Shown: positions 37,591 through 47,382, counted from the first letter of the stretch. The stretch is DNA of 64,000 bases from an uncultured bacterium (GCA_964571845.1 CAZNDM010000050.1:11676-75675), one strand, 5' to 3'. The notes: generated by a model from the letters alone, not told the origin. Program-made: numbers and translations.

Positions 37591-38565
37591 AGAAAAATCA
37601 CATCGGGCTTGGATAAGGGAACTCAGCGAATTTTTATAAACAATAAGATTTTCAGGAAATACCGCACCATTTAATACCTTATTGTGAAGATTGATTGATG
37701 GCGACAGGATGTGTACCCCTTACAATCCGTCCTCCCACAGTGCCAAACACACAGCGGATAAGAAAGTTGTAGAAACCTTCTCATGCTCTTATAAGATTTG
37801 ATCGTGGTCCAGGTGTCCGAATGATATTACATACCATTCGACAGAAGAGATACCCCGTCATCCTTTCGAGAAATGGGATGGAATTTTCTAAGCTCCTCTG
37901 CAAATGGGTAGTGAATCTCTCACAGAATTTCTCGCATGCGAAATAACTTCCCAAAGCATTCCCCCCAAGTTCGGCACAGGGGGATAGAGGCGAGGAAGAG
38001 AAGACACCTTTGACAGCGTTCGTTGTTTATCTTTTAAAATCAGAATGTTTTGACAGGCTTTTCCTGAGGATCTGAGGCAACCATATCTCTCACAAAATAC
38101 ACACAGACAGATGATCCTTCTCCTCATCTCCCTCTGAAGGAATGCCCGAAATTTCTACGAAATTTATTCTCCGGTTGCCTTCTTCATCTCTATCTGGATA
38201 GCCTGGTCCTCTTTGATCTTTTCAATTTCTTTGATTTTCTTTTAAAGATTCCTTTCCCTGTCACTTTTATGGAAAAGTAGAGCTCCCTTTTCTCCTTCCA
38301 AAAACCTCCATTCGTAGTGGAGATATTTGCTTATCCGATACTTCTTTATTTAAATGTTTCCCTTGAGCCCTTCAAGTACAATAGCCACTTTTGTTTCAGG
38401 ATCAAATTCTCGACGATTATGTTAATTTTCTAATCAGTAGGCTAAATCCAGCAGCATATTTAAATCCCCATGGAAACGGATCAGCTTGCCAGAACGCCCA
38501 ATTTTTCCACATCAATCTTCTCCACGGATTAGTAAATTTTCACTATATAGGCATCACCTGAAAGC

Positions 38566-38594
38566 TTGACTTATCATTAGTAATTCTTTACAAT
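38566..38594 (+). promoter_or_regulatory. Putative sigma70-like promoter (TTGACT-N17-TACAAT) upstream of the Fe-S/molybdoenzyme operon
   Basis: Seen directly: 'cTTGACTtatcattagtaattcttTACAATcgg', ~80 bp upstream of an RBS 'aggagg' and the ATG at 38676. Confidence 0.35.
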
Positions 38595-38675
38595 CGGAGC
38601 AATTGCATTTTTGCTCATAGAAGTATTAAATACTAATTTTGTGGGCGCTCTTTCAAATAATAGGAGGTTAGTTGT

Positions 38676-39443
38676 ATGGAACTCGCCGTTCGACAAAAAA
38701 TGCAAAAAGAGCTCCAGGAAGCTCTTGGTAGGCCCAATCGAAAATGGGCCATGGTCATTGATACCAGAAAATGCGTGGGATGTATCTCCTGCATCGTCTC
38801 CTGCGCTGCTGAAAATGTACCTCCTCCAAAAGCATCTTTTCGACTCGTCTTCGAGGCGGAAACCGACTCATACCCGAATACTGAAAAATTCTTCATGCCC
38901 GTTAATTGCATGCAATGTGATAATGCACCTTGCAAAGAGGCTGCCGATAAAATTCAAAAAGGGCTCGTTATCAAACGGAGCGATGGTATCATTGTCTTTA
39001 ACTACGATGCCCTGAGAAAAAATAAAAAAGCCCGTGAAGCAATCATAAATTCCTGCCCCTACAATGTCGTCTTTGAAGATAATGGCCATTTTTACACAGA
39101 GAATACGCCTGTACTCGAAAAATACGAACTCAGAGAATTCTTCGATATCAAAAAGATGACAAGGAAAAACGGAGCACTCAAAAACACCCTTAGAAAATGT
39201 GATTTCTGCATCCATCGCGTGGAAAACGGAATCCTCCCAGTTTGTGTTACCGCCTGCATTGGGAGTGCCATCTATTTCGGTGATGTCAACGACCCGAATT
39301 CCACTGTGTCAAAACTCCTTAAGAAACACCCAACTTTTGACCTCTACCCGGAAAACTCACCCAATATCCATTACATTGGCTACCGGATGAGGAAAACATT
39401 TGTACCGTCAGACATTTCAAGGTGTGTCGAATGTCATGAATAG
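38676..39443 (+). CDS. Four-cluster ferredoxin-type Fe-S subunit of a complex iron-sulfur molybdoenzyme (PsrB/TtrB/NrfC-like)
   Basis: 'WAMVIDTRKCVGCISCIVSCAAEN', 'CMQCDNAPC', 'CPYN' and 'CDFCIHRVENGILPVCVTAC' give four Cys clusters. Confidence 0.8.
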   Translation: MELAVRQKMQKELQEALGRPNRKWAMVIDTRKCVGCISCIVSCAAENVPPPKASFRLVFEAETDSYPNTEKFFMPVNCMQCDNAPCKEAADKIQKGLVIKRSDGIIVFNYDALRKNKKAREAIINSCPYNVVFEDNGHFYTENTPVLEKYELREFFDIKKMTRKNGALKNTLRKCDFCIHRVENGILPVCVTACIGSAIYFGDVNDPNSTVSKLLKKHPTFDLYPENSPNIHYIGYRMRKTFVPSDISRCVECHE

Positions 39444-39454
39444 GAGTGTAGATC

Positions 39455-42400
39455 ATGAAAAGAAGAGAATTTGTTAAATCAGCAGCCTTTGTTGGGGGAT
39501 ATGCGGCTCTCGCCTCAAAGCTTGAGGCAAGTTCCAATATGATGAATTTCATTGTGCAAAAAGCCGCATCCGGCCAGATCTCTTATCCCCTCGCCCGTCC
39601 CCAAAATGTAATATACTCCGCCTGCCTGCAGTGTCACACGAGTTGCACAATTAAAGTTAAAATTTTAAATGGAATTGCCGTTAAGATCGATGGAAATCCT
39701 TATTCTCCGATGAACATGATTCCTCAACTTCCTTACTCCACACCACCCACCGAGGCAGCGAAATTCGACGGTAAACTTTGCCCAAAGGGACAGGCTGGTA
39801 TACAGACCCTCTACGATCCTTACAGATTAAGAAAAGTACTGAAAAGAGACGGTCCAAGAGGCTCAAATAGGTGGAAAGTCATCTCATTTGAACAGGCTAT
39901 CAATGAAATCGTAAACGGTGGGTACCTTTTTAAACATGTGAAGGGGGAAGAAAATCGTTATGTCCATGGACTTAAGGATATCTACAAACTTCGCGATCCA
40001 GCAATCCTTAAGAAGATGAAAAAAGATGCTGCACTTGTGGCAAAGAAGAAGATGAGCGTGTCCGATTTCAAACGGAAATACGGGAAATATCTCAACACCC
40101 TCATCTCTCCAGATCATCCGGACCTTGGTCCAATCAATAATCAGCTCGTATTCATGGCAGGCAGGATCGAGCATGGGAGAAAGGAATTTGCCAAAAGATG
40201 GCTTTACGACGCATTTGGAAGCGTGAACTTCTACGAGCATACCACAATCTGTGAACAATCTCATCACATTGCGTATAAATCCGCGACCAAAAAATATGTA
40301 AATGGAAAATGGGTTTCCGGAAAAGAGCACATGAAACCTGATGCCCTGAACAGTGAGTTCATTATCTATTGGGGAACCGGTGCATTTGAAGCCAACTTCG
40401 GTCCCACGCCGATTTCAGAAAAAATCACAGAAGGTATTGCAACTGGTAGGCTGAAGATTGCTGTCGTTGACCCTCGTCTCAGTAAAACAGCTGCCAGAGC
40501 ATGGAAATGGCTACCTGTGAAACCAGGTTATGACGCCGCCCTCGCCCTCGGCATGATTAGATGGATCATAGAAAATAAACGCTTCGACGAAAAGTACCTC
40601 AGGGCATCCAATAAATCAGCCGCAAAACTAAACAATGAAACCACATGGACCAATGCAACTTATCTTGTGAAAATAGAGAAAGATGGACCCGGTGCACTTC
40701 TGAGAGCCAGTGAATTAGGCATCGGCGACGAACACACTTTTGTTGTTATTAGCAACGGTAAACCCACTCCTGTTAAACCAGAGTCAGGTGCACCTGTAAC
40801 GGGTGAACTCTTCTATTCAGGCAAGGTCAATGGAATAAAGGTAAAATCTGTCTTCCAATTACTCAAGGAAGAGGCATTTTCGAAATCCCTCGACGAGTGG
40901 GCTCGCCTCGCGGGCGTAACTGCCAACGATATTGCCGAGCTTGCAAGCGAATTTACATCCCATGGTAAAAAGGCAGCTATTGACTTTTACAGAGGTCCTG
41001 TTCAGCACCCCAACGGATATTACAACGGCTATCTCATTATTGTTCTCAATCTGCTGATAGGAAATCCCGATTGGAAGGGTGGACTATCTGCCGGCGGTGG
41101 TCACTGGCATGAGATGGGCAACAAACGCAAGGGACCTTTTAACCTCAAGGCAATGCATCCCGGAAAGTTGGGCTCCTTCGGTGTCAAGCTCACAAGGGAG
41201 AAATCTAAATACGAAGATACCACCCTCTTTGAAGGTTATCCTGCAAAAAGACCCTGGTTCCCATTTACAGGGAATGTGTACCAGGAAATCCTGCCCTCCG
41301 CAGCTGACGGATATCCTTACAAAATTAAGGCATTGATTCTCCATAAGGGAACCCCGGCATTCGCATCTCCAGCAGGACATACGAACATCGAGATTCTCAA
41401 AGATCTCGACGCTATCCCCCTTTTCATCGCCTGTGATATTGTTGTCGGTGAAACTTCCATGTACGCAGACTACATTTTCCCGGATACAGCTATCTGGGAA
41501 AGATGGGGCACCCCGCACATCACTCCCGATGTCCCGGCAAAAACAAGTAAAGTTAGACAACCGACGGTTACACCACTGACAGAAATTGTCTCCGTGTTTG
41601 GCGAGAAGATGCACCTCTCAATGGAAGCCTTGCTCCTTGCCATTGCTGAGAAGCTTAATCTCCCGGGATACGGAAAGGACGGATTTGGAAAGGGCTGGGA
41701 TTTCAAACGACCGGAAGATTATTACCTCAAAATGGTTGCAAATATAGCGGCTGGTGACAAGGTTGGAGAAGAGGTTCCTGACGCAAGTTTCAATGAATTA
41801 AAGATATTCAGAAGTGCAAGAAGACACCTCGATAAAGCGACTTTTGATGAAAACAAATGGATCCGAGCAGTTGGAAAAGAATGGTGGAAAAAGGTGGTGT
41901 ATGTCCTCAACCGCGGCGGCAGGTTTGAAGACCTGACCAACAAATTTATCGGGGAAGGCAAACTTGTTCATAAATTCGGTAGAATGTTTAATATTTACTT
42001 CGAACCCGTTGCACTTGCAAGAAATCCCATGAACGGCAGGAGATTCTCTGGCATGGGGACATTTAGACCCATAACAGATGTTGCTGAAAAACCGATCAGG
42101 GATTCCAAATATCCGCTTTATCTCATCACATACAAAGAAATCTTCGGCGGCCAATCAAGGACCATTGGTGATTACTGGATAACCCAGACCTATGCTCCGG
42201 AGAATTATGTGTACATCCATCCGGCTACAGCGAGGAGGTACAATCTCCGCGATGGCGACATCGTGAAAATTGTTTCCGCAACCAATCCTGAGGGAGTCTG
42301 GGATCTCAAAAATGGTCAGAGAATCCCGGTTGCAGGTAAGGTGAAAATCACAGAGGGTGTCAGAAAAGATGTTGTCGCAGTCTCCTGGTCTTACGGGCAC

Positions 42401-42589
42401 TGGGCCTATGGAGCCAGCGACATCATAGTGGATGGTAAGGTGATAAAAGGGGATAAGAGGCGCGCGACAGGGTTATGTCCAAATGCTGTCATGAGAATCG
42501 ATCCGGTGTTGAAGAATGTCTCAATGGAGGATGTGATCGGCGGTTCTGCGTCCTACTTTGATACAAGGGTTGAGCTTGTGAGAATTTGA
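39455..42589 (+). CDS. Molybdopterin (bis-MGD) oxidoreductase catalytic subunit, Tat-exported; substrate unknown (tetrathionate/polysulfide/arsenate-reductase-like)
   Basis: Tat signal 'MKRREFVKSAAFVGGYAALAS'. N-terminal [4Fe-4S] motif 'CLQCHTSC...CPKG'. 1044 aa. Confidence 0.8.
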   Translation: MKRREFVKSAAFVGGYAALASKLEASSNMMNFIVQKAASGQISYPLARPQNVIYSACLQCHTSCTIKVKILNGIAVKIDGNPYSPMNMIPQLPYSTPPTEAAKFDGKLCPKGQAGIQTLYDPYRLRKVLKRDGPRGSNRWKVISFEQAINEIVNGGYLFKHVKGEENRYVHGLKDIYKLRDPAILKKMKKDAALVAKKKMSVSDFKRKYGKYLNTLISPDHPDLGPINNQLVFMAGRIEHGRKEFAKRWLYDAFGSVNFYEHTTICEQSHHIAYKSATKKYVNGKWVSGKEHMKPDALNSEFIIYWGTGAFEANFGPTPISEKITEGIATGRLKIAVVDPRLSKTAARAWKWLPVKPGYDAALALGMIRWIIENKRFDEKYLRASNKSAAKLNNETTWTNATYLVKIEKDGPGALLRASELGIGDEHTFVVISNGKPTPVKPESGAPVTGELFYSGKVNGIKVKSVFQLLKEEAFSKSLDEWARLAGVTANDIAELASEFTSHGKKAAIDFYRGPVQHPNGYYNGYLIIVLNLLIGNPDWKGGLSAGGGHWHEMGNKRKGPFNLKAMHPGKLGSFGVKLTREKSKYEDTTLFEGYPAKRPWFPFTGNVYQEILPSAADGYPYKIKALILHKGTPAFASPAGHTNIEILKDLDAIPLFIACDIVVGETSMYADYIFPDTAIWERWGTPHITPDVPAKTSKVRQPTVTPLTEIVSVFGEKMHLSMEALLLAIAEKLNLPGYGKDGFGKGWDFKRPEDYYLKMVANIAAGDKVGEEVPDASFNELKIFRSARRHLDKATFDENKWIRAVGKEWWKKVVYVLNRGGRFEDLTNKFIGEGKLVHKFGRMFNIYFEPVALARNPMNGRRFSGMGTFRPITDVAEKPIRDSKYPLYLITYKEIFGGQSRTIGDYWITQTYAPENYVYIHPATARRYNLRDGDIVKIVSATNPEGVWDLKNGQRIPVAGKVKITEGVRKDVVAVSWSYGHWAYGASDIIVDGKVIKGDKRRATGLCPNAVMRIDPVLKNVSMEDVIGGSASYFDTRVELVRI

Positions 42590-42591
42590 GG

Positions 42592-42637
42592 GATGGGGGA
42601 GGGGGCGGGCCGAAGGCCCGCCCCCTCCCTCAAACAT
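42592..42637 (+). terminator. Perfect GC-rich hairpin (14-bp stem, GAAG loop) 3' of the molybdoenzyme gene; probable terminator/REP-like element
   Basis: 'ggagggggcgggcc-gaag-ggcccgccccctcc' immediately after the TGA. There is no clear T-tract, so intrinsic-terminator status is tentative. Confidence 0.5.
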
Positions 42638-43116
42638 GAAAAATCAATTCCCCGGAAAATTCACCTTAATCCTTTCCAGATACCAACCAGCTTTTTACTG
42701 ATTGAACAAAAGAAGCTGTATATTCCTTCCCCAATCTCCATTCACAAATCAAAGTTTCATAATGCTCAAGGGGTATAAGGTTACAAAAAATTTCCAGAGG
42801 TGTGAAACCCTTTTGACTGGCACTTCTCATAACAGTCTTTAAAAACTTTCAATTACTTTTCGTGGATGGGATCAAAGGGAGGCGATGTTTGCTCTTTCAA
42901 CGCCATAGTAAAGCTCTCTGGAAAGTAGGGTTCTCCCACGCTTTAAGGGGGTATGGTTATATTTGCCTTTTTGTACAAATTTTTAAAACTTCATAACGCT
43001 CAACACCTTGAAAATAACACCTTGAAAATCCAGGTTGTGCATATTACACCGTGTAAAATTCCATCTGATTCGGGATATTTGATCTTTTCATAGTTTTTCA
43101 GCAGGGAGTGTATAGA

Positions 43117-43425
43117 TTAAACCTGTTTGCCCTCGAGTTTTTCGATTTTATCCTCGATCTTTATTATCAGGTTAAAAGTTCTGTGAATGGTTTTTCTGAC
43201 AACGGTATTCCAGACAATAGGATAGACATGTTTCTTCCACTTCCTCAAGATTTGCTGAGATTTTCTAAGGCTTAAAACGACCTTCTTCAGGAATTCGGGA
43301 TTTGTGAGGTAATTAAGCTGATCCTCAATGAAGTTCACATCCCGCAATGTGGTTATCGAGTATTTGATCACAGTTAAATTGAATGTTAGCTTTGTCCAGA
43401 AGGCGTATATCCTGTATTTCAGCAT
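43117..43425 (-). CDS. Hypothetical small protein (partner of PNK-like kinase)
   Basis: 102-aa ORF 48 bp downstream of and co-oriented with the kinase gene. No recognisable motifs. AT-rich. Confidence 0.3.
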   Translation of the reverse strand: MLKYRIYAFWTKLTFNLTVIKYSITTLRDVNFIEDQLNYLTNPEFLKKVVLSLRKSQQILRKWKKHVYPIVWNTVVRKTIHRTFNLIIKIEDKIEKLEGKQV

Positions 43426-43472
43426 ATCAAAAATATAACATACAAGTCCTTTTGATACAACAGATTGCTGTA

Positions 43473-44210
43473 TTAACGACTGAGTACATCAAGTCTGTCA
43501 AATCCCTCGTCGATTTCAGGAGTTTCAAATTTTTCTGCGAGTTTCTTGATTACACCTTCCCAGTCAATTCCCTCCCCTCTGATTAGAACATATGGGTCCT
43601 GGGTTCTTCTTTTTATGCAAACATCTATTGGAAGATCAAAAAATACCCCGACAATTTCTAAGTTTGAAACGGTTTTCAGGATAGACTCAAAGTCCTGTCT
43701 GTTGTGATAAAGATCGGGATTGAGTGAAGAGACGAACATTTTCCAGAAGCTCTGTATAATCTTCTCGGTCAACTCGTCGTCCTTTTTGAATTCTTTGAGG
43801 ATTTTTTCGATAATTTTTTCATCACTTTCCCGGAAGAGGCTCATTCTTTCCTGATTCAATGAATCCAGAATCATGCGTGCAATCTCTCTTGTTCTCCGGG
43901 GTGGTTTGATGAACATCTCTCGCGTCTTTCTATCTATATTCGTTCGGTCAACGATAACATTAAAGCCCTGTGTGATCGCTGTAACATACATTGTGCTTTC
44001 GAATTCGTGATATAAGGGGACATTTTCTCTGATAAAATTGTAAAAACTTGTCATCTGTAAGATGTCGTCCATTGCGATTCTGATGGTATTATAAGGGTCG
44101 TTTGAAATAAGTTTTCTTGCAAATGTTGTCTTCCCTGATCCTGGCAATCCTATAAGTATGTAAACTTTTTGCATGGATGGGATTTTAACCCTGAGGATTG
44201 TCATATTCAA
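43473..44210 (-). CDS. P-loop kinase of the polynucleotide-kinase/zeta-toxin (AAA_33-like) family
   Basis: Walker A 'GLPGSGKTT'. 'IAMDDI' and 'VIVDRTN' resemble the hhhDxTN motif of PNK-like kinases. 245 aa. Confidence 0.5.
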   Translation of the reverse strand: MNMTILRVKIPSMQKVYILIGLPGSGKTTFARKLISNDPYNTIRIAMDDILQMTSFYNFIRENVPLYHEFESTMYVTAITQGFNVIVDRTNIDRKTREMFIKPPRRTREIARMILDSLNQERMSLFRESDEKIIEKILKEFKKDDELTEKIIQSFWKMFVSSLNPDLYHNRQDFESILKTVSNLEIVGVFFDLPIDVCIKRRTQDPYVLIRGEGIDWEGVIKKLAEKFETPEIDEGFDRLDVLSR

Positions 44211-44291
44211 GAACGCAGGTTAGAGTGTCTAAGAGATTAGCCCGCTTTTTGAAAATCAAGGTTGTGTTCTTAACTCGACGTTAGAAAGAGG

Positions 44292-45248
44292 CTATTCAAC
44301 CAGTTTGAAACTTTCGACTATAAGTTCCATTCTGATGATAAACTGAAGTTTTTCATTTCTGTCAGGTGCAAAGACTGCCATGTCAAACATGTAAAACTTA
44401 TTGTTCAGGTTAAATGCGAGGGTCTCAAAAGGCCCACCTATGTATTCTTTATCGTTCTGCCAGATTCCGAACACCTTTATGGCAGGTTGATCCATGAAGG
44501 TCGTATCTTTCACCCGGATGTGTTCTTTATAGACATAGTCCCCTTCGTAGTATTTATCAGTTAAAGTATTTCGAAGATTGATAATCTCAGATGCATCGAA
44601 CAGTCTCGGTGCATTTTCTCGATAGAAGAACATAAATCTGTCGGGGTAGTGTTTGGCAATACTGGCAAAATTTGTGTCCTGGACTACATAAGCCCAGCCT
44701 TCGGGGAAATCAAAGGTAAATCCATATTTTTTGCCAAATTCTTCGGAGAATTTTTTGTCGTGTCCCGCAAAGTATGCTTTTTTTCTAAGAATCTCCCGGT
44801 ATCTCGCGAGGAGTACCCCTTTGACATAGTCTTTTTTCTCATAGACGAAATTCCAGAGGGTTGTGGGTGTAGATGAGACGATCCCGATCACCGCATCCCC
44901 TTCCTCATAAACATTTTTTGAAAGGTAGATGCCGGGAGGTCTCTCTCCGAATATTTCTTTAAAAATGGGATAGTCCGGGGATGTGTAAGTTGTGATGATT
45001 ACCACATTTCGATAGCCCTTGAACGGAGCAAACTGGTCGTAAGTTACAGGGTAAGTGAAAAAGAGCGGTTCGGGTCTGGGTGTGTAAAATGTATCCTGTA
45101 AGACGCTCTGGAGAAGTTTCGCCTCGCGTACTGCTCCGTCGTAAACGATGACAACCTCGTTTGCTTTCCCCCTGCCAAACCTCTCAATTTTGGTGCAGGA
45201 GGAGATGAGAATGAAAGGTATGAGAATTATCATTTTTTTACCCAACAT
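44292..45248 (-). CDS. Hypothetical lipoprotein
   Basis: Lipobox 'LISSC' after 'MLGKKMIILIPFI'. 318 aa. Overlaps the recG 3' end by ~10 bp. Confidence 0.5.
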   Translation of the reverse strand: MLGKKMIILIPFILISSCTKIERFGRGKANEVVIVYDGAVREAKLLQSVLQDTFYTPRPEPLFFTYPVTYDQFAPFKGYRNVVIITTYTSPDYPIFKEIFGERPPGIYLSKNVYEEGDAVIGIVSSTPTTLWNFVYEKKDYVKGVLLARYREILRKKAYFAGHDKKFSEEFGKKYGFTFDFPEGWAYVVQDTNFASIAKHYPDRFMFFYRENAPRLFDASEIINLRNTLTDKYYEGDYVYKEHIRVKDTTFMDQPAIKVFGIWQNDKEYIGGPFETLAFNLNNKFYMFDMAVFAPDRNEKLQFIIRMELIVESFKLVE

Positions 45249-47328
45249 AGATCACCTCTCCAATTTTTTCATTTGCCAGTGTTTCTTTAATAATTCGATT
45301 TTGAGGCTTTGTCAAAAATGGGTCATATTCGAGAATCCTTTCCACCTCAGACTTGGTCAACTGTATGAGTTTCTGATCCCTTATGAGATTAGCTATTCTA
45401 AATTTTGGCAGTCCATGCTGTTTTGTCCCAAAAATTTCACCGGGACCCCGAATTTCAAGGTCAATTTCCGCAATTTTGAATCCGTCGGTTGTTTCCACCA
45501 TTGCCTTGAGCCTTTTTCGTGCGTCTTCTGATACTTTTGAAGGTGTGATGAGGATGCAATAACTTTTCTTTGAACCTCTGCCGATTCTGCCTCTGAGCTG
45601 ATGCAACTGAGCGAGCCCAAATCTCTCCGCATGCTCGATAATCATGATTGTGGCATTTGGAACATCGATCCCCACCTCGATAACCGTGGTTGCAACGAGG
45701 ATGTGATACTCCCCATTTCTGAATTTTCTCATAACCTCACCACGCTCATCCTTTTTCATTTTTCCGTGAATCAAACCGATGTTGATTCCTTCAGGGGCAG
45801 TTTGCCGGAGTTTTTCATACAGTTCGGTCGCAGCTTCAGCCTCGAGTTTCTCTGATTTTTCAATAAGTGGTGCCACGACATAAGCCTGGTTTCCCTTTCT
45901 CACCTCTTCAAACAGCCAGGAATAAACTTTTTCTCTGCGTCCTTCTCTTACCCATTTTGTTACGACTTTCCCTCTCCCTGGAGGCATTTCATCTATTACT
46001 GATACATCGAGATCACCATAAATCGTTAGCGCAAGGGTTCTGGGTATTGGGGTTGCAGTCATCACAAGGAAGTGAGGGGATTTGTTTTCATATCCTTTTT
46101 CGAGTAACTTTGCCCGCTGGAGGACTCCAAATTTGTGCTGTTCATCTATAACAGCAACGGCAAGTTTTTTAAACTCAACATCATCCTGGATCAGGGCATG
46201 AGTTCCTACAACGATTTCAGCGTCTCCTGTTTTTATTCGTTCGAGTGACAGTTGTTTCTCCTTTTTCTTCATCTTACCTGTGAGCAGGGTCATTTTGACA
46301 TTGAGGGGGAGCAGGTACTCGCTCATAACGAGGAAATGTTGCTCGGCGAGTATTTCAGTGGGTGCCATAAGTACAGCCTGATAGCCGTTTTCCACAGCCA
46401 CGAGCATGGTATAAAGTGCCACGACTGTTTTCCCGCTTCCCACATCTCCCTGGAGGAGGCGGTGCATGGGAGTGTTCCTCGACAGATCGGATGTTATCTC
46501 ACCTATCACTCTTTTCTGCGCACCTGTCAGATCAAATTTTAGTAGTTTGACAAATCTGTCGGTAAGGTCTCCCTTTACCTCAAGCGGGATGCCAAGACCT
46601 CTGGATTCGACCCTTTTTTCAAGGAGTTTGATGTAAAAGTAAAAAAGTTCTTCAAAAACGAGGGTGTTTCTTGCAACCCTCGCCTCTTTAAGGTCCTTTG
46701 GGAAATGGAGCAGGTGGATAGCGTCCTTTCTTGAGTAAAGTCTGAATTTGTTGCGAATGTACTCTGGTAATGTTTCCGGAATTTCATCACCAATTTTTTC
46801 GAGTACATCGAGTATCAGTTTTCTGATAAATCTTGGCTTCAAGCCCTCGGTTGAGGGATAAACCGGGACGAGCATTCCTGCGAGGATTTTGCTACCTGCA
46901 GGTTGTTTATTGTCATCAATTATTTCGTACTCTGGATGGTATATGACTTTTGTGCCCCGGTAAACATAGGCACGACCTGATGCAATCACCTGATCCCCTT
47001 TGTTGAAGACTTTGTCGATGCCTCTAACATTCCGCCACACAAGTTCCATCCAGTCTGTACCGTCACTTATGACGACTGTAAAGACCAGTGATCCTCTAAC
47101 CTTTTTTGTTCCCTTCATGAGGACTTTGCCTGCGACAGTAACTTCTTCTCCTCTCTTTACCTGATGAATTGGGGTTATGCTCCTTCTATCAATGTACCTT
47201 CTGGGTGCAAAATATAGTAGATCAAGGACCGTAATTATCCCGAGTCTCTTGAACAGTTGAGCTCTTTTGGGCCCAACACCTTTAAGGTAGCGTACTTCAC
47301 GCCTTAAAAATTCGTAAATGTCCATCAC
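45238..47328 (-). CDS. recG: ATP-dependent DNA helicase RecG
   Basis: N-terminal wedge domain, 'GDVGSGKT' Walker A, 'DEQHKFG' DEAH box. 696 aa. Confidence 0.9.
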   Translation of the reverse strand: MMDIYEFLRREVRYLKGVGPKRAQLFKRLGIITVLDLLYFAPRRYIDRRSITPIHQVKRGEEVTVAGKVLMKGTKKVRGSLVFTVVISDGTDWMELVWRNVRGIDKVFNKGDQVIASGRAYVYRGTKVIYHPEYEIIDDNKQPAGSKILAGMLVPVYPSTEGLKPRFIRKLILDVLEKIGDEIPETLPEYIRNKFRLYSRKDAIHLLHFPKDLKEARVARNTLVFEELFYFYIKLLEKRVESRGLGIPLEVKGDLTDRFVKLLKFDLTGAQKRVIGEITSDLSRNTPMHRLLQGDVGSGKTVVALYTMLVAVENGYQAVLMAPTEILAEQHFLVMSEYLLPLNVKMTLLTGKMKKKEKQLSLERIKTGDAEIVVGTHALIQDDVEFKKLAVAVIDEQHKFGVLQRAKLLEKGYENKSPHFLVMTATPIPRTLALTIYGDLDVSVIDEMPPGRGKVVTKWVREGRREKVYSWLFEEVRKGNQAYVVAPLIEKSEKLEAEAATELYEKLRQTAPEGINIGLIHGKMKKDERGEVMRKFRNGEYHILVATTVIEVGIDVPNATIMIIEHAERFGLAQLHQLRGRIGRGSKKSYCILITPSKVSEDARKRLKAMVETTDGFKIAEIDLEIRGPGEIFGTKQHGLPKFRIANLIRDQKLIQLTKSEVERILEYDPFLTKPQNRIIKETLANEKIGEVIYVG

Positions 47329-47382
47329 TTTTATGATAATGCAGACAGTGTGGTAGAACCAATCATGCTTTAAAATTCAAAT

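Noticed and set aside
37888-38127. 79-aa minus-strand ORF in the 1.1-kb non-coding stretch
   Set aside because: No RBS. Cys/Arg-rich random-looking translation. Surrounded by stops in all frames.
37591-38675. tRNA, tmRNA, RNase P or SRP RNA genes in the long non-coding regions (also 4162..5088 and 42640..43116)
   Set aside because: Scanned by eye for T-loop 'GGTTCGAATCC'-like strings, the tmRNA 5' 'GGGGCTGATTCTGGATTCGAC', the RNase P P4 'AGGAAAGTCCGGGCTCC' and the SRP 'GGTCAGGTCCGGAAGGAAGCAGC'. None found. This needs a covariance-model scan to be definitive.
42593-42778. 61-aa ORF immediately after the molybdoenzyme gene
   Set aside because: It begins inside the perfect terminator hairpin ('MGEGAGRRPAPSLKHE' is the translated stem) and is an artefact.
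43473-44210. Interpreting the P-loop kinase as a 2-phosphoglycerate kinase partner of the cDPGS-like gene at 58.2 kb
   Set aside because: Motif spacing fits PNK/AAA_33 kinases better. The genes are 14 kb apart on opposite strands. There is no supporting evidence.
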